Shown: positions 1-12,332 of the stretch, piece after piece | How the letters are laid out: each line of letters begins with the position of its first letter | Numbering within the stretch: position 1 is the first letter of the stretch | Source of the DNA: Lingula anatina | Lineage: Eukaryota > Animalia > Brachiopoda | Direction of reading: 5' to 3' | DNA length: 64,000 nt | Assembly (NCBI GenBank): GCA_051362555.1 | Contig: CM120643.1 | Coordinates: forward strand, 19,906,848 to 19,970,847 | Program-made: the position numbers and the translations under genes | Notes under the pieces: generated by a model | What the model saw: only the letters and a program-made list of their open reading frames with translations | What the model was told of the DNA's origin: nothing | Databases searched by the model: none

Positions 1-2744
1 CGCCGTCGCCGTGCACTTTTACCGATAACACGATAAGTGGAAAACTGTTTTTTCTTTTGGGTTGAAACTTACAGAACTGATGAATATTCGTAATACGCAG
101 GTCAAGTTCGAAAATCAGCATGATCGGGTCACTTATAGGGAACTTATGCTGTTTTTTCACTTTTTTCAGCATATATGCAGCACCGATAACACGATAAGTG
201 GAAAACCATTTTACCTTTTGGCTTGAAACTTACAAAACTGATGAATATTCACAATACGCAGGTCAAGTTCGAAAATCAGCGTGATTGGGTCATTTTTAGT
301 GAATTTAGGCTATTTTTTCTCTTTTTTCAGCGTATATGCAGCACCGATAACACCATAAATGGAAAACCATTTTACCTTTTGGCTTGAAACTTACAAAACT
401 GATGAATATTCAAAATACGCAGGTCAAGTTTGAAAATCAGCATGATCGGGCCATTTTTAGGGATGTTATGCTGTTTTTTCACTTCTTTCAACATATATGC
501 AACGCTAATAACACAATATAAGAAAAACAGATAGGCCAATTGTCATTATACTCACAGGAGTAGTCAAACTAACTAAAAAACGCAGGTTGAGTTCCAAAAT
601 CAGCATAATCGGGCCATTCTTTTAGAAGTTATGCTGTTTTTTCACATTTCCTCAGATTCAATTGTTAGGCATATTAACAGTCTCATTATTGAACTAATAA
701 GATACGTAAAAGTGTTTGTTTGACATTTCCTGCATCTTAATAACATTGTTAGTTGATTATGTAAAAATGATGGTAAACTTGTTATTGTGTATTATGTTAT
801 AAAGTGTCAAAAATGGAAATAAACAAATATCATTGCAGTTTGTCAGATTCAATCATCTACTATATTCATTATCTCAGAATGGAGGAAATTGGACATTTAA
901 CACTGTTCTATTGATATTTTTCCCATCTCATCAATTTTCTTAGTTGATCATATACAAATGGTAGAAAACTGTTTATTTTGTTTTATGTTAAAAAAGTGTT
1001 TTAAAAATGGAAGTAAACCAATTGCAGAACAGTGCTGTCTTGTTTCAGCATATATGCAGCACCGATAACACGATAAGTGGAAAACCATTTTACCTTTTCC
1101 CTTGAAACTTACAAAACTGATGAATATTCATAATATGCAGGTCAAGTTCGAAAATCAGCATGATCGGGTCATTTTTAGGGTAGTTATGCTGTTTTTTCAC
1201 TTTTTTCAGCATATATGCAGCACCGATAACACGATAAGTGGAAAACCATTTTACCTTTTGGTTTCAAACTTACAGAACTGATGAATATTCATAATACGCA
1301 GGTCAAGTTCGAAAATCAGCATGAGCGGGTCACTTATAGGGAATTTATGCTGTTTTTTCATTTTTTTCAGCATAAATGCAACACCGATAACACGATAAGT
1401 GAAAAACCGTTTTACCTTTTGGCTTGAAACTTACTGAAATGATGAATTTTCATAATACGCAGGTCAAGTTTGAAAATCAGCCTGATCGGGCCATTTTTAT
1501 GGAAGTTATGCTGTTTTTTCACTATTTCAGCATATGTGCAACACTGATAACACATTTCAAGGAAAATCAATTGGCCAATCGTCTTGAAATTCACAGGGGT
1601 GATCAGATTTACTAAAATTAAGATGAGGTTCGAAAATAAGCTTGATCGGTTCAGTTTTGCTGAAATTGTGCCTTTTTTTGTATATAAGTCTTTTTTCCTC
1701 GGATTTAATTCATAGGCATGTTAAGAATCTCATTTGTGAACTAATTAGTAATGTAAAGGTGTTCTTTTGACATTTTCTGCATCTTAACAATATTGTTAGT
1801 TGATTATATAAAAATGATGGTAAACCTGTTATTGTGCATTGTGTAATAAAGTGTCAAAAATGGAAATAAACTCATATCTTTAACAGTTTGTCAGATTCAA
1901 TTATTCACCATGTTCAGAATCTCAGAATGGAACATATTGGACATTTATAATTTTTCTATTGATATTTTTCCTATGTCAACAACTTTCTTAGTTGATCATT
2001 TAAAAACGACAGTAAATTGATTATTTTGATATATATATATATGTAAAAAAAAGTGTTGAAAGTGGAAAGAAATTCATTTCAGTACAGTTATCTCTTGTGT
2101 ACATTTTGGCATTTTGAAGTTGTGACTCTGAACTTCCATGGCCCTGAAGACCTTTCCATATCAATTTTTCTGAATGTCCATGATACTTTTATTTCATTAT
2201 TAAAAATTGATGGTCATTATGCTGTTAAGCATTATAGTTTTTTGTTACAATTAAAATTTTCACATATGGACATTTTCAAGGTGTGACTTAGTCTTTGAAC
2301 TTCCATTGGCTTGAATACCATTGCTAGTCACATATTTTGAATAGCTATGATACATTTACTTTATTATTAAAAATTGATGACCATTGTGCTGTTAAGCATT
2401 ATGTTAAATTGCATAAAAGATGAAAAAAACCCTTTTTTGGACATCGCTGCTGGGATGACCATTAAGGAAAAACCATTTTACTTATGATATTCTAACTTAC
2501 TGAAAAGTTTCATAGGACTGAAGTGTAGCTTGTGTTGGAAATCAGTGTGATTGTTTTCTGTTTTGGAGGCAATGCAGCTCTATGGAGTGCTATATGGGGC
2601 TACTGTTTATGGATGGTGGTAATTGTCCCTTGGGATAATCACTAGCTAAATTCAGAGCTATAAAATTACTTGCCTAATTGATTTTCAAGTGCCCATTAAA
2701 TAAGATTACATAAAACACACAGTTGAGATTTCCCATTCAAGTCT

Positions 2745-4214
2745 TATAGGTTAAGCTCTCTTAACTGTGTCACATAATTAGGAATTGGTGATAATTATGC
2801 AGGTAAATGTTGTTTACTATTGCAAATAAGTTTACAAAAAAAAAAAAAAATTGTGTAATGCCAACATTAATGCTATAGATGAATAACAGTGCCTTATTAT
2901 CCTCAAACACATTGGGATTATTCATATCATGTTAATACAGCAAGATTAAAAGTTTGAATAGCAGCTTTATTGGATTTTTTTTTGTTGTGTTTTCTTTTTA
3001 ATTTTTTTCTAAACACTGGCATTTTCAACTCCCATCCACCTGAAGCTCTTCAGATTTTCTGTATTTCCACATAAGCAGTTGCATAGGTTTTTATGTCTTT
3101 AAACAATATGTAATATTATTTTATGCACTGTCAACATTTTTCAAATATTGGGATTTTCATTATGTGAATTTGAACTCTCATGGTCCAGAAACTGTAATCT
3201 TATTGCAGGGGTGGATTGAGGCCATCTTCTGGGTCTTTCAGATGCAGTCAGATTTTAAAGTTTACATTGACTGGTATCAATTTTTTTCTGTTGGAAGACC
3301 ATCAAAAGTGTAGGATGGATCAACAAATATAATTTGGAATACTGTCAGAAAATACCTCTGGATCTGCTCCTGTTATTGAGCATGTTACCTGTTGTGCATG
3401 ATTAAAATTCAGTGTTAACTGACTGTGTTATTATAAGCATTATTTATTACTGCATCAAAATTGACAAAATGACCCATTTTCTATAGGTTAAGCTCTCTTA
3501 ACTGTGTCACATAATTAGGAATTGGTGATAATTATGCAGGTAAATGTTGTTTAATATTGCAAATAAGTTTACAAAAAAAAAAATTGTGTAATGCCAACAT
3601 TAATGCTATAGATGAATAACAGTGCCTTATTATCCTCAAACACATTGGGATTATTCATATCATGTTAATACAGCAAGATTAAAAGTTTGAATAGCAGCTT
3701 TATTGGATTTTTTTTTGTTGTGTTTTCTTTTTAATTTTTTTCTAAACACTGGCATTTTCAACTCCCATCCACCTGAAGCTCTTCAGATTTTCTGTATTTC
3801 CACATAAGCAGTTGCATAGGTTTTTATGTCTTTAAACAATATGTAATATTATTTTATGCACTGTCAACATTTTTCAAATATTGGGATTTTCATTATGTGA
3901 ATTTGAACTCTCATAGTCCAGAAACTGTAATCTTATTGCAGGGGTGGATTGAGGCCATCTTCTGGGTCTTTCAGATGACGGTCAGATTTTAAAGTTTACA
4001 TTGACTGGTATCAATTTTTTTCTTTTGGAAGACCATCAAAAGTGTAGGATGGATCAACAAATATAATTTGGAATACTGTCAGAAAATACCTCTGGATCTG
4101 CTCCTGTTATTGAGCATGTTACCTGTTGTGCATGATTAAAAATCAGTGTTAACTGACTGTGTTATTATAAGCATTATTTATTATTGCATCAAAATTGACA
4201 AAATGACCTATTTT
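2745..4214 (+). repeat. ~737-bp near-identical direct tandem duplication
   Basis: TATAGGTTAAGCTCTCTTAACTGTGTCAC starts at 2745 and 3482. The copies differ mainly in poly-A length and a few SNPs. Confidence 0.9.
3206..3372. mobile_element. CAGGGG-ended MITE with 6-bp TSD (copies at 3939-4106, 6260-6426, 40150-40320; diverged relative at 17790-17921)
   Basis: Imperfect TIRs CAGGGGTGGATT...GGATCTGCTCCTG are flanked by a TTATTG direct repeat. The empty site is visible at ~33618. Confidence 0.75.
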
Positions 4215-5679
4215 GCATCTTTATTTTCTGTTTTTTGTCTGTACATTTGACAGCTTTGCTGCCTTGTCAATATGTGACTTTGAAGTTCCATGGGCCTGAA
4301 GACTTTTGCTAGTTACATTTTCTGAATAACCATGATACTAATATTTTATAATTAAAAATTGATGGTCATTATGCTGTAAAACATTATGTAATATTGCATC
4401 AAAATTTGAAGAAACCCCTATTTTGGGCAGTGCTCCCATGATGACCATTTAAGGAAAATCATGTCACTTACTGTTCTCAAACTTACAGGAAAGAAACATG
4501 GGACTAAAATACAGCTTCAGTAGGCAATGCAGTCTGTTTGGTAAATTTTTCTGGCAATTTAACAGTTTTTTGTGAAAATTTAATTTTTCACATATTGGCA
4601 TTTCCAAGGTGTGACTTAGAACCTCCACGGGCTTGAAGACCCATGCTAGTCACATTTTGTGAAAATCCATGACACTTATATTTTATTATTAAAAATCGAT
4701 GGTCAGTATGCTGTTAAGCATTATGTAATGTTGCATCAAAATAGAAGAAAACACAATTTTTGGTGCTGCTGCCTTGATGACCATTATGGGAAAACTGTGT
4801 TACTTATGACTGTCAAACTTTCAAAAAAGAAACACAGGACTAAAATGCAGCCTGAGTTAGAAAAGCAGTCTAATTGGCTTCTTTTTCTGGAAGTTATACA
4901 TTTTAGTGTAATATTCATTATATTTTTGGCATATTCATTGTGGGACTCGGAGCTCCCATGGACATGAAGCCAAATGGTAATCATATTTTCTACATGTCCA
5001 TCCTATTTATAGTCAATAAACAAAAATTGGTGATAATTATTCTCTAATTTATTATGTAATGTTACATCAAAATTGACAACAATCTTTTTGCACTGCTACT
5101 GCAAACATTATGAAAAGAAAACTGTGCTACTTATTATAATTTTAAACTTACAAGTACAATTTTTAGGATTGGCCTTCAGCTCATGAGAAAACCAGCTCTA
5201 TTGGATTATCATGTTTATTGTATTTATGCATTTTTTGTGAAATTTTCATTTTTCTCATTCTGGCACTTTCTAAGTATAAACTTGAACTCTGATGGGCCTG
5301 GAGCCTTATGCTTTTACTTTCGTCTGTGTTACCTGTTGTGCATAAGTTGATGTTGACTGTGCAGTTAAACATAATGTATTATTGCATCAGGATTGGTAGT
5401 CTCCTATTTTGGGCATTATGGTTTTGTGCTTTTCTTAAGGTGTGACTTATGGGCCTGAAGACCTTTGAGTGGGTCAGTCTGTAAATTACCCTTGGGTATC
5501 ACTAGATTAATTTCAGAGTTATAAAGTCATTAGCTTTAATAGGCCATTAAATGAGATTACGTAAAGCACACTTGTTGATATTTCCCTGTAAACTCCCAAA
5601 GGTAAAGCTCTCTGCTAGATTAATAATAAGGAAGCAGTGATAATTATGCAGGTAAATTTTGTTTAATATTGCAAATAAG

Positions 5680-5681
<2 letters not shown>

Positions 5682-5733
<52 letters not shown>

Positions 5734-5775
5734 CTTATTTGCAATATTAAACTATATATATATATATATATATAT
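5682..5775. repeat. (TA)n microsatellites; other simple repeats at 8172-8224 (T)53, ~27465-27502 (CA)n, ~42325-42374 (ATT)n, ~43366-43438 (CT)n(CA)n, ~44937-44980 (GA)n, ~57292-57333 (TG)n
   Basis: Read directly from the sequence. Confidence 0.9.
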
Positions 5776-5822
5776 CAAACTGGAAGATTAAAAGTTTGAA
5801 TAGCATCTTCATTGGAATTATA

Positions 5823-6060
5823 TTTACCTCAAGCTCTGCCAAGGGGGTTAAATTTTCACCCCTGTTTGTCTGTCATCCACATAACACAAAAAGTTATGGA
5901 CCAATTTTGCAGAAATTTTCAGGAACTGTCGGAAGTGGGCCTAAGAGGACAATGATTAATTTTTGGTGGTGGTCTGGATCAATAATCAATCAATTATCAA
6001 TAATAATCAACAATTGCTGCCTTGGCAGAGGTCTGCACTCTCAAAGTGCTTTTCTAGTTT
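5823..6060 (+). mobile_element. Short HINE/DINE-like element of a different family, nested in the large element
   Basis: SubTIR pair CTCTGCCAAGG ... CCTTGGCAGAG, a GTTT/GTCT microsatellite remnant, and a 3' hairpin GCACTCTCAAAGTGC followed by TTTTCTAGTT. It is absent from the otherwise homologous positions in the other copies (e.g. ~2970, ~33320). Confidence 0.6.
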
Positions 6061-6736
6061 TGTTGTTTTCCTTTATAATTTTTTCTCAAACACTTGCATT
6101 TGTGACTTTTAACTCTCATCTGCCTGGGGCTCTGCACATTTTCTGTATTTCTACATAAGCAGTTGTATTGTTTTTTATGTCTTTAAACATTATGTAATAT
6201 TATTTTATGCACTGTCATCATTTTTCAAATATTGAGACCCTGAAACTGTAATCTTATTGAAGGGGTGGATTGAGACCATCTTCTGGGTCTTCCAGAAGAC
6301 AGTCAGGTTATTAAGTTTATATTGACTGGTATCTATTTTTTTCTGTTGGAAGACCATCAAAATGGAGGATGGATCAACATAGATACTTTGTAATACTGTC
6401 AGAAAATATCTCTGGGTCTGCTCCTGTTATTGACCATGTTACCCGTTGTGCAAGATTAAAATTCAGTGTTGACTGACAGTGCTATTATAAGCATTATTTA
6501 TTATTGCATCAAAATTGACAAAATGACCTTTTTTGCATCTTTATTTTCTGTTTTTTGTCTGTACATTTGACAGCTTTGCTGCCTTGTTTACTGTCTGTGT
6601 AAAATGGTAATAAGAAATTTGATGATTTAATGTGTAATATCTGAACATGAGTTATATCAGAAATTTAGTCCATTCACATTGGTTTGATTTTCAGTCTCTT
6701 GACTTTTCTTCGTTCATGTTGTCTGACAAAAGTTAC

Positions 6737-6812
6737 TTTTTATGTACAGACACAGACGTGTCTGTACATATAGCCATCATCTGCGTCTGTCGTCGCCGTC
6801 GCCGTCGTCGCT

Positions 6813-6853
<41 letters not shown>

Positions 6854-8170
6854 GCACTTTTACCGATAACACGATAAGTGGAAAACCATTTTACCTTTTG
6901 ACTTGAAACTTGCAGAACTGATGAATATTCATAATACGCAGGTCAAGTTCGAAAATCAGCATGATCGGGTCACTTTTAGGGAATTTATGCAGTTTTTTCA
7001 CTTTTTTCAGCATATATGCAGCACCGATAACACGATAAGTGGAAAACCATTTTACCTTTTGACTTGAAACTTATAGAACTGATGAATATTCATAATACGC
7101 AGGTCAAGTTCGAAAATCAGCATGATCGGGTCACTTTTAGGTAATTTATGCTGTTTTTTCACTTTTTTCAGCATATATGCAGCACCGATAACACGATATG
7201 TGGAAAACCATTTTACCTTTTGACTTGAAACTTACAGAACTGATGAATATTCATAATACGCAGGTCAAGTTCGAAAATCAGCATGATTGGGCTATTTTGA
7301 GGGAATTTATGCTGTTTTTTCACTATTTTCAATATAAATGCAACACTGATAACACAATATAAGAAAAACGGATTGGCCAATTGTAATTATACTCACAGGA
7401 GTGGTCAATCTTACTAAAACGCAGGTTGAGTTCGAAAATCAGCATAATCGGGCTATTATTTTAGAAGTTATACTGTTTTTTTCACATTTCCTCAGATTCA
7501 ATTCTTAAGCATGTTAACAGTCTCATTATTTAACTAATAAGATGCCTAAAAGTGTTTGTTTGATATTTCCTGCATCTTTACAACATTGTTAGTTGATTAT
7601 GTAAAAAACATGGTAAACTTGTTATCATGTATTGTGTAATAAAGTGTCAAAAATGGAAATAAACTCATATCATTGCAGTTTGTCAGATTCAATCATCCAC
7701 TATGTTCAGAATCTCAGAATGGAGGAAACTGGACATTTAACACTGTTCTATTGATACCTTTCCCATCTCATCATTTTTTTTAGTTGGTCATATAAAAATG
7801 GCAGTAAAATGTTTATTTTGTTTTATGTTAAAAAAGTGTTAAAAATGGAAATGAACCCATTTCAGAACAGTGCTGTCTTGTTTACATTTTGGCATTTTCA
7901 AGGCGTGACTTTGAAGTCCCATGGGCCTGAAGACCTTTGCTAGTGACATTTTCTGAATATCTGTGATACAAATATTTTATAATAAAAAATTGATGGTCAT
8001 TAAGCTGTTAAACCTTATGTAATATTGCATCAAAATTTGAAGAAACCCCTATTTTGGGCACTGCTTCCATGATGACCATTTAAGGAAAATCATGTCACTT
8101 ACTGTTCTCAAACTTACAGGAAAGAAACATGGGACTAAAATACAGCTTCAGTAGGCAATGCAGTCTGTCT

Positions 8171-8225
<55 letters not shown>

Positions 8226-8660
8226 GCAGTTAAACAGTTTTTTGTGAAAATTTAATTTTTCACATATTGGCATTTTCAAGGTGTGACTTTGAAGTTCCAT
8301 GATCTTGAAGACTTTTGCTTGTCACATTTTCTGAATGTCCATGTTACTAATATTTTATTAATAACATTTGATTGTCATTATGCTGTTAAACATTATTTAA
8401 TGTTGTATCAAAATTTGAAGAAACCCCTTTTTTGGGCACTGCTCCTATGATGACCATTTAAGGGAAATCATGTCACTTACTGTTCTCAAACTTATAGGAA
8501 AGAAACATGGGACTGAAATACAGCTTCAATAGGCAACGCAGTCTGTTTGGTAAATTTTTCTGGCAATTTAACAGTTTTTTGTGAAAATTTAATTTTTCAC
8601 TTATTTGCATCTTTATTTTCTGTTCTTTGTCTGTACATTTGACAGGTTTGCTGCCTTGTT
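6737..8660 (+). mobile_element. Complete HINE-like element
   Basis: T-run, then a 13-bp hairpin TATGTACAGACAC/GTGTCTGTACATA (subTIR+IR), a (GTCGTCGCC)n microsatellite and 161-bp units at 6862, 7023, 7184, 7345. The 3' end has subTIR TGTCTGTACAT, a short hairpin and TTGTT. Confidence 0.85.
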
Positions 8661-9733
8661 TACCATTACAGATTTAAAAAAATATCCCACTATTTTGCTA
8701 TTTTTGTCAAGTAGAAGTAAAGCATGCACCACTGGGAGATTCAATTTACTGAACAGTTTTTAAAATTAATAAATACTGTCAGGTGCAAGTTTTTTTCTAA
8801 ATCTTTATTCCAAAATGTAGCAAATGTTTTTTCTTGCCATCATGTCAATGATTGATTGACCAAGGCTTTGTGAAAATGACCACTCACCAGTTAGCCAGAA
8901 AATACCAATATTTACTGTGATATATATCAAACCTACTATAGAAAATGAAACACAATAGCCTGGCAAAAAGAATGAAACTTTGTGGCTATGACTAGTAGGC
9001 TATGGGGTATTGCTATCACTCAAGTACATAAATATGGATTGCAAAAGGAATCTGAGTACACAGCACAGATCATGTAAGGCCATGTTTACAGCCATACTGT
9101 AGGCCCATTTCCAGTCTGGTTAGATCCACCTAACTTAATACCAACTTTCTCTCTGCAGGCAGTATGATATAATGTAACAATCATTTGTCGAACCATGGAT
9201 AGACAGTCTAATGGCACATGGTTTGCTTCAGTTACTATGATATTTGGTGGGACAACAAGAGGATTAGATTGGTTTATGGTCAAAAATGATTGACTGGGCA
9301 AGCCTCTGAGTTAGTTTGGCTGAAAAAACACTTACTTCATAACATTTACCACTTAACAACCATGTCAAATAAATTATGTGATAACTGTCCCTTGTTACAT
9401 TAGGTTGATCGTTTAGATTGATGTATGATATTACTGCTGTGAATGTGCCTACATTGTCAAGGGCTAAAGTCATTTATTGTAACAGAGTCGTGGGTGCCTT
9501 TTGAATAGTAACTTACTCAAACTGGCACACAGCACTGTGCTTCACCTACAGTTATATGATTGTGTAGAATTGCTAACTAATCTCAACTATCACAATCCTA
9601 CTTCATAACATTAAATCATCTGCTAAAAACATGAAGTTATAGTATTTCCTGTCTAAAGACATACAGATGTGAGCACATTTTGATAGATTTTGTAGTTTTC
9701 AAGATTATGCAAAAAATTCTTTTCTATTTTCAG

Positions 9734-10626
9734 ATGAGCGACAATAAGATCACTCCCCGTGACACCACCATGACGTTCACCTGTTTTGTTTTCTTTGATA
9801 TGTTTAATGCTCTCAGCTGTAGGTCACAGGTAAGAGAAGCATTGACTGAAAAGAAATTTACAATAATTACTTACAAATCTCAAACTTTTTTCCTAGATTT
9901 TTCATCTTTGATTTTTACTTTTAAGCTTGAATTCATATTACTTTTCACAATTTCCAATTTTTTTAAAAATTAAGTAATAAAATATTGCTATGAGATATAA
10001 TTAATAAGATTTTGCTCTTTTCAGAAAAAGTCAGTGTTCTCCATAGGTTTGTTCAGTAACCGCATGTTCCTGCTTGCTGTTGGTGGCTCCCTCTTGGGGC
10101 AACTGCTGGTGATCTATTTCCCTCCATTACAGGCCATATTTCAGACTGAGGCTCTATATTTAACAGGTAGATAATTGCGCCATCTTGTGGTGTTAAAAAA
10201 GGAGGTTTTATTGATTAGCCCATAACTATCTCTGTCATGATAAAAAAAAAGGTTTTAATTCATCCAATGTTCTTTGTTTCAAGACAGAAAAAATAAATTG
10301 GCTTCTCTAGTTGTTCTTAAAAATTATTTTGTTGGTTTATTTTTGCTTAATTTGCAGTTTTATTCACTGGAAAAAGAAGTATAATTTAATAGGATGTTTA
10401 ACACACTTCCATTCATATGGTTTATACAGAAAATATTTTCAGTGTTCCTTATTCCAACATTTGTCAAATCAATTTTTTTCTCTTTTCAGATTTCCTATTT
10501 TTAATAGCTCTCACATCCAGTGTTTTTGTTGTAACAGAAATACGTAAGCTAATTGAGAGAACTTCAGAGAGGAGGAGAAGACTATTTGCCAAGGAAAAAT
10601 TCTATGATGATCACGATATTGTATGA
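9734..10626 (+). CDS. ATP2C1: Secretory pathway Ca2+/Mn2+-transporting P-type ATPase (SPCA), last three exons; gene starts upstream of the window
   Basis: Exons 9734-9829, 10025-10166 and 10490-10626 have AG/GT boundaries and splice in frame. They give ...[97 protein letters not shown]..., which matches the C-terminal transmembrane segments of SPCA pumps. TGA stop ends at 10626. Confidence 0.93.
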
Positions 10627-12332
10627 TGTAAAGTAGAAGAAATATAGTGTTAACTTATACATTGGTTCACTAGTGCAACCTGTGGCTTATGGTTGTGGAT
10701 ATTTATGTATGATTGTAGACAACAAAGTCAACAAAGGCTGAAGGATTATATTCTTTATTTTAAAAGTATTTCACCTTGTAACCTAGTCACAGTTTTTGCA
10801 TTGACAAATGTTGTATTGACAAATTTTTTTGCATTTATCTCTTTTGTGTCATAATTTTGATTCTGGGTGTTTTTCTTTTAAGTAAGAATTTTTAGAGTCG
10901 CAGGTAAAACTGCTATGGCATAAGGTATCTTGGTAGATTTTTTTTTAATTTGTTTGTTGGAAACTTGCTAGCACGTCACTTTCATGGGGTATTCTGGAAG
11001 CACATGTGCAACTCCAAGGCCAACATTATCAAAAAGTTCCATTTTTAAAATTTTCTTGTTATTTGAATACTTAGATGCTTTGATCTAGTGTAATTATGAT
11101 ATCAGATTGAAAGAATTTGAGTGCATGAAGAAACTGTTTATTAGGACATTTATGATTAGTCCCTTAGGAAGGGGAGTTCAAGGGGTTCTAAAGAATTGCC
11201 CTTCTTGGCTGGGAAAAGACTGAATCAAAATTAGATCTAGGTTCTATGCCATTTCTCAAGGAGGGTCACCTAAAAGGGGTAAAAAAAAGATGCACTTTTT
11301 TAGAAAAAGACCTCCCTCTGACATTGCTGGTTACAGGCCTGGCTTACCTGTTGAAGATGGTACTTGCAGCAACAGTGTCTTGCAAAAATGGACCAATTGC
11401 AAAAGGTTCAAGAAATTATTTCCAATTGAATTTTACAAAGGATTTTGACATCTCAGCTGATATTTTTTTCTGACAGTCTTTCTTTTAAGAAAATTAAAAT
11501 TTTAACTTATGGTACACAAGGACATGAGATTATGATATGAATTTATTTGTTTATAACATTTTCCTTCCAGTTGTCATCATAGTTCTTTTATTTGTATCAT
11601 CAGTGTATTTTCAGAGTTGAAAACTGTTTAAATACCCTGACACGATAACATGGCCATTTGACATCCATGTGCCTAGTAAAAAAAAACTTCAATTAAAATA
11701 AATGAGAGAATCTACTACAATAAAACAATTGTTCTGTATAACACAATTTAGTTCACTCTCAAAGTCGCAATACAATGGTGGAACTACTTATAACCCTCAA
11801 GTCCCCTTTACGTTGGACGCTGTCCTTTCTGCAACCATGAAACTGGCATTTTTGTAGTTGTAATAAGGAAGGCACACATGCCGCTTTGGGATGGAGAATG
11901 ATTACTCAACAATTGGTCAGTTGTCAGCACTTTAGTTAAAGTATTATTTATTTATTTATTTTTTTTACTCTCAAAGGGGGCCATACTACAGGATACAAAC
12001 AGGACGCCATCCAGTGTAAAGGGGGCTTTATCAACTGAATCTGGACATTAACACAGATGACTGTTCTAGTCAAAGCATGTGTTGAGTTCACATAGCTGAT
12101 CCTTGATATAGCAATTACATTTTCCACAAGAAACATAGCATTGACAATGAAAATAATTTCTTTTTTCTTGACAGAGATGCGCTCTCTGTGAGTGGGACTT
12201 CCAAGTCTGCAAGCTCCTGGTCATTGCCCACGAGCAATGTGAGAAGCAGTTTAAACAATTTCTCCTCTTTAATGGCATTCACTTCTAGAATAACCCTCAC
12301 ATCAAGTTTTTTTTTTACATCCTATGTTCCCT

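Larger units (their letters stand above)
1..6588 (+). mobile_element. Composite non-autonomous Helentron-type (HINE-like) element(s), 5' end truncated by the window, in the ATP2C1 intron
   Basis: Starts in the (GTCGCC) microsatellite and carries 161-bp tandem units (ACCGATAACACGATAAGTGGAAAA at 21, 182, 343...). The family 3' terminus TGTCTGTACATTTGACAGCTTTGCTGCCTTGT occurs twice, at ~4237-4268 and ~6557-6588. Confidence 0.75.

Noticed and set aside
6647-6877. Poly-arginine (protamine-like) ORF; similar ORFs at 31043-31300 and 50425-50637
   Set aside because: It is a translation of the HINE GTCGCC microsatellite, repeated in every element copy.
1-8660. CRISPR-like interpretation of the regularly spaced repeats
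   Set aside because: The whole 161-bp unit repeats, with no unique spacers and no cas genes, and the context is a eukaryotic intron.
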